NCBI GenBank assembly: GCA_951406725.2
Contig: OX597823.1
Coordinates: forward strand, 98,456,001-98,520,000
DNA length: 64,000 nucleotides
Reading direction: 5' to 3'
Source of the DNA: Octopus vulgaris
Lineage: Eukaryota
The notes under the pieces were generated by a model, which was given only the letters and a program-made list of their open reading frames with translations, did no database searches and was not told the DNA's origin. This document shows positions 63,793-64,000 of the stretch, piece by piece. Position 1 is the stretch's first letter. Every line of letters starts with the position of its first letter. The position numbers and the translations under genes are program-made.

Positions 63793-64000
63793 ATAAATGT
63801 GCTTCTAACAAGTAATATATTCATTAGAGTTTTCTAATTTGTTTCTGATGCAGACTTCACATGCATATACATGTATACATGCATTTTGCATATAATGAAG
63901 CATGCCTCATTTTTTTTATTTGTTACTTATAATAAAAGTGTTTTAATTAATGGGAATAGAAAGTAAGTGTGGAGTAGATATACTGAAATGTTGAGAGGCA

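Overview
AT-rich, repeat-dense eukaryotic genomic DNA. The tRNA-derived SINE families, RTE-type tails ending in (GAT)n and long (TA)n/(CA)n/(ATT)n microsatellites resemble those I recognise from Octopus genomes, so the organism call is an inference. I found no intact protein-coding gene, rRNA, tRNA or CRISPR array, and almost all ORF-track entries are chance or microsatellite ORFs. The window reads as intronic or intergenic. Well-supported content: a full-length decayed mariner (60506-61797), a Tc1-like element (16525-17736), an older mariner fragment, RTE, CR1/Jockey-like and R4/Dong-type LINE remnants, a Penelope-like fragment with a minimal hammerhead motif, piggyBac-type (TTAA) and hAT-type (8-bp TSD) MITEs, and dozens of SINE copies. 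The observations most worth a second look are: a head-to-tail retroelement train in (ATT)n tracts that includes an RT-less R4/Dong derivative; two scrambled copies of an unknown repeat 47 kb apart; a two-donor templated insertion; several long hairpins; and a few unverified candidate exons on both strands. I cannot support a claim of a new biological system from sequence alone.
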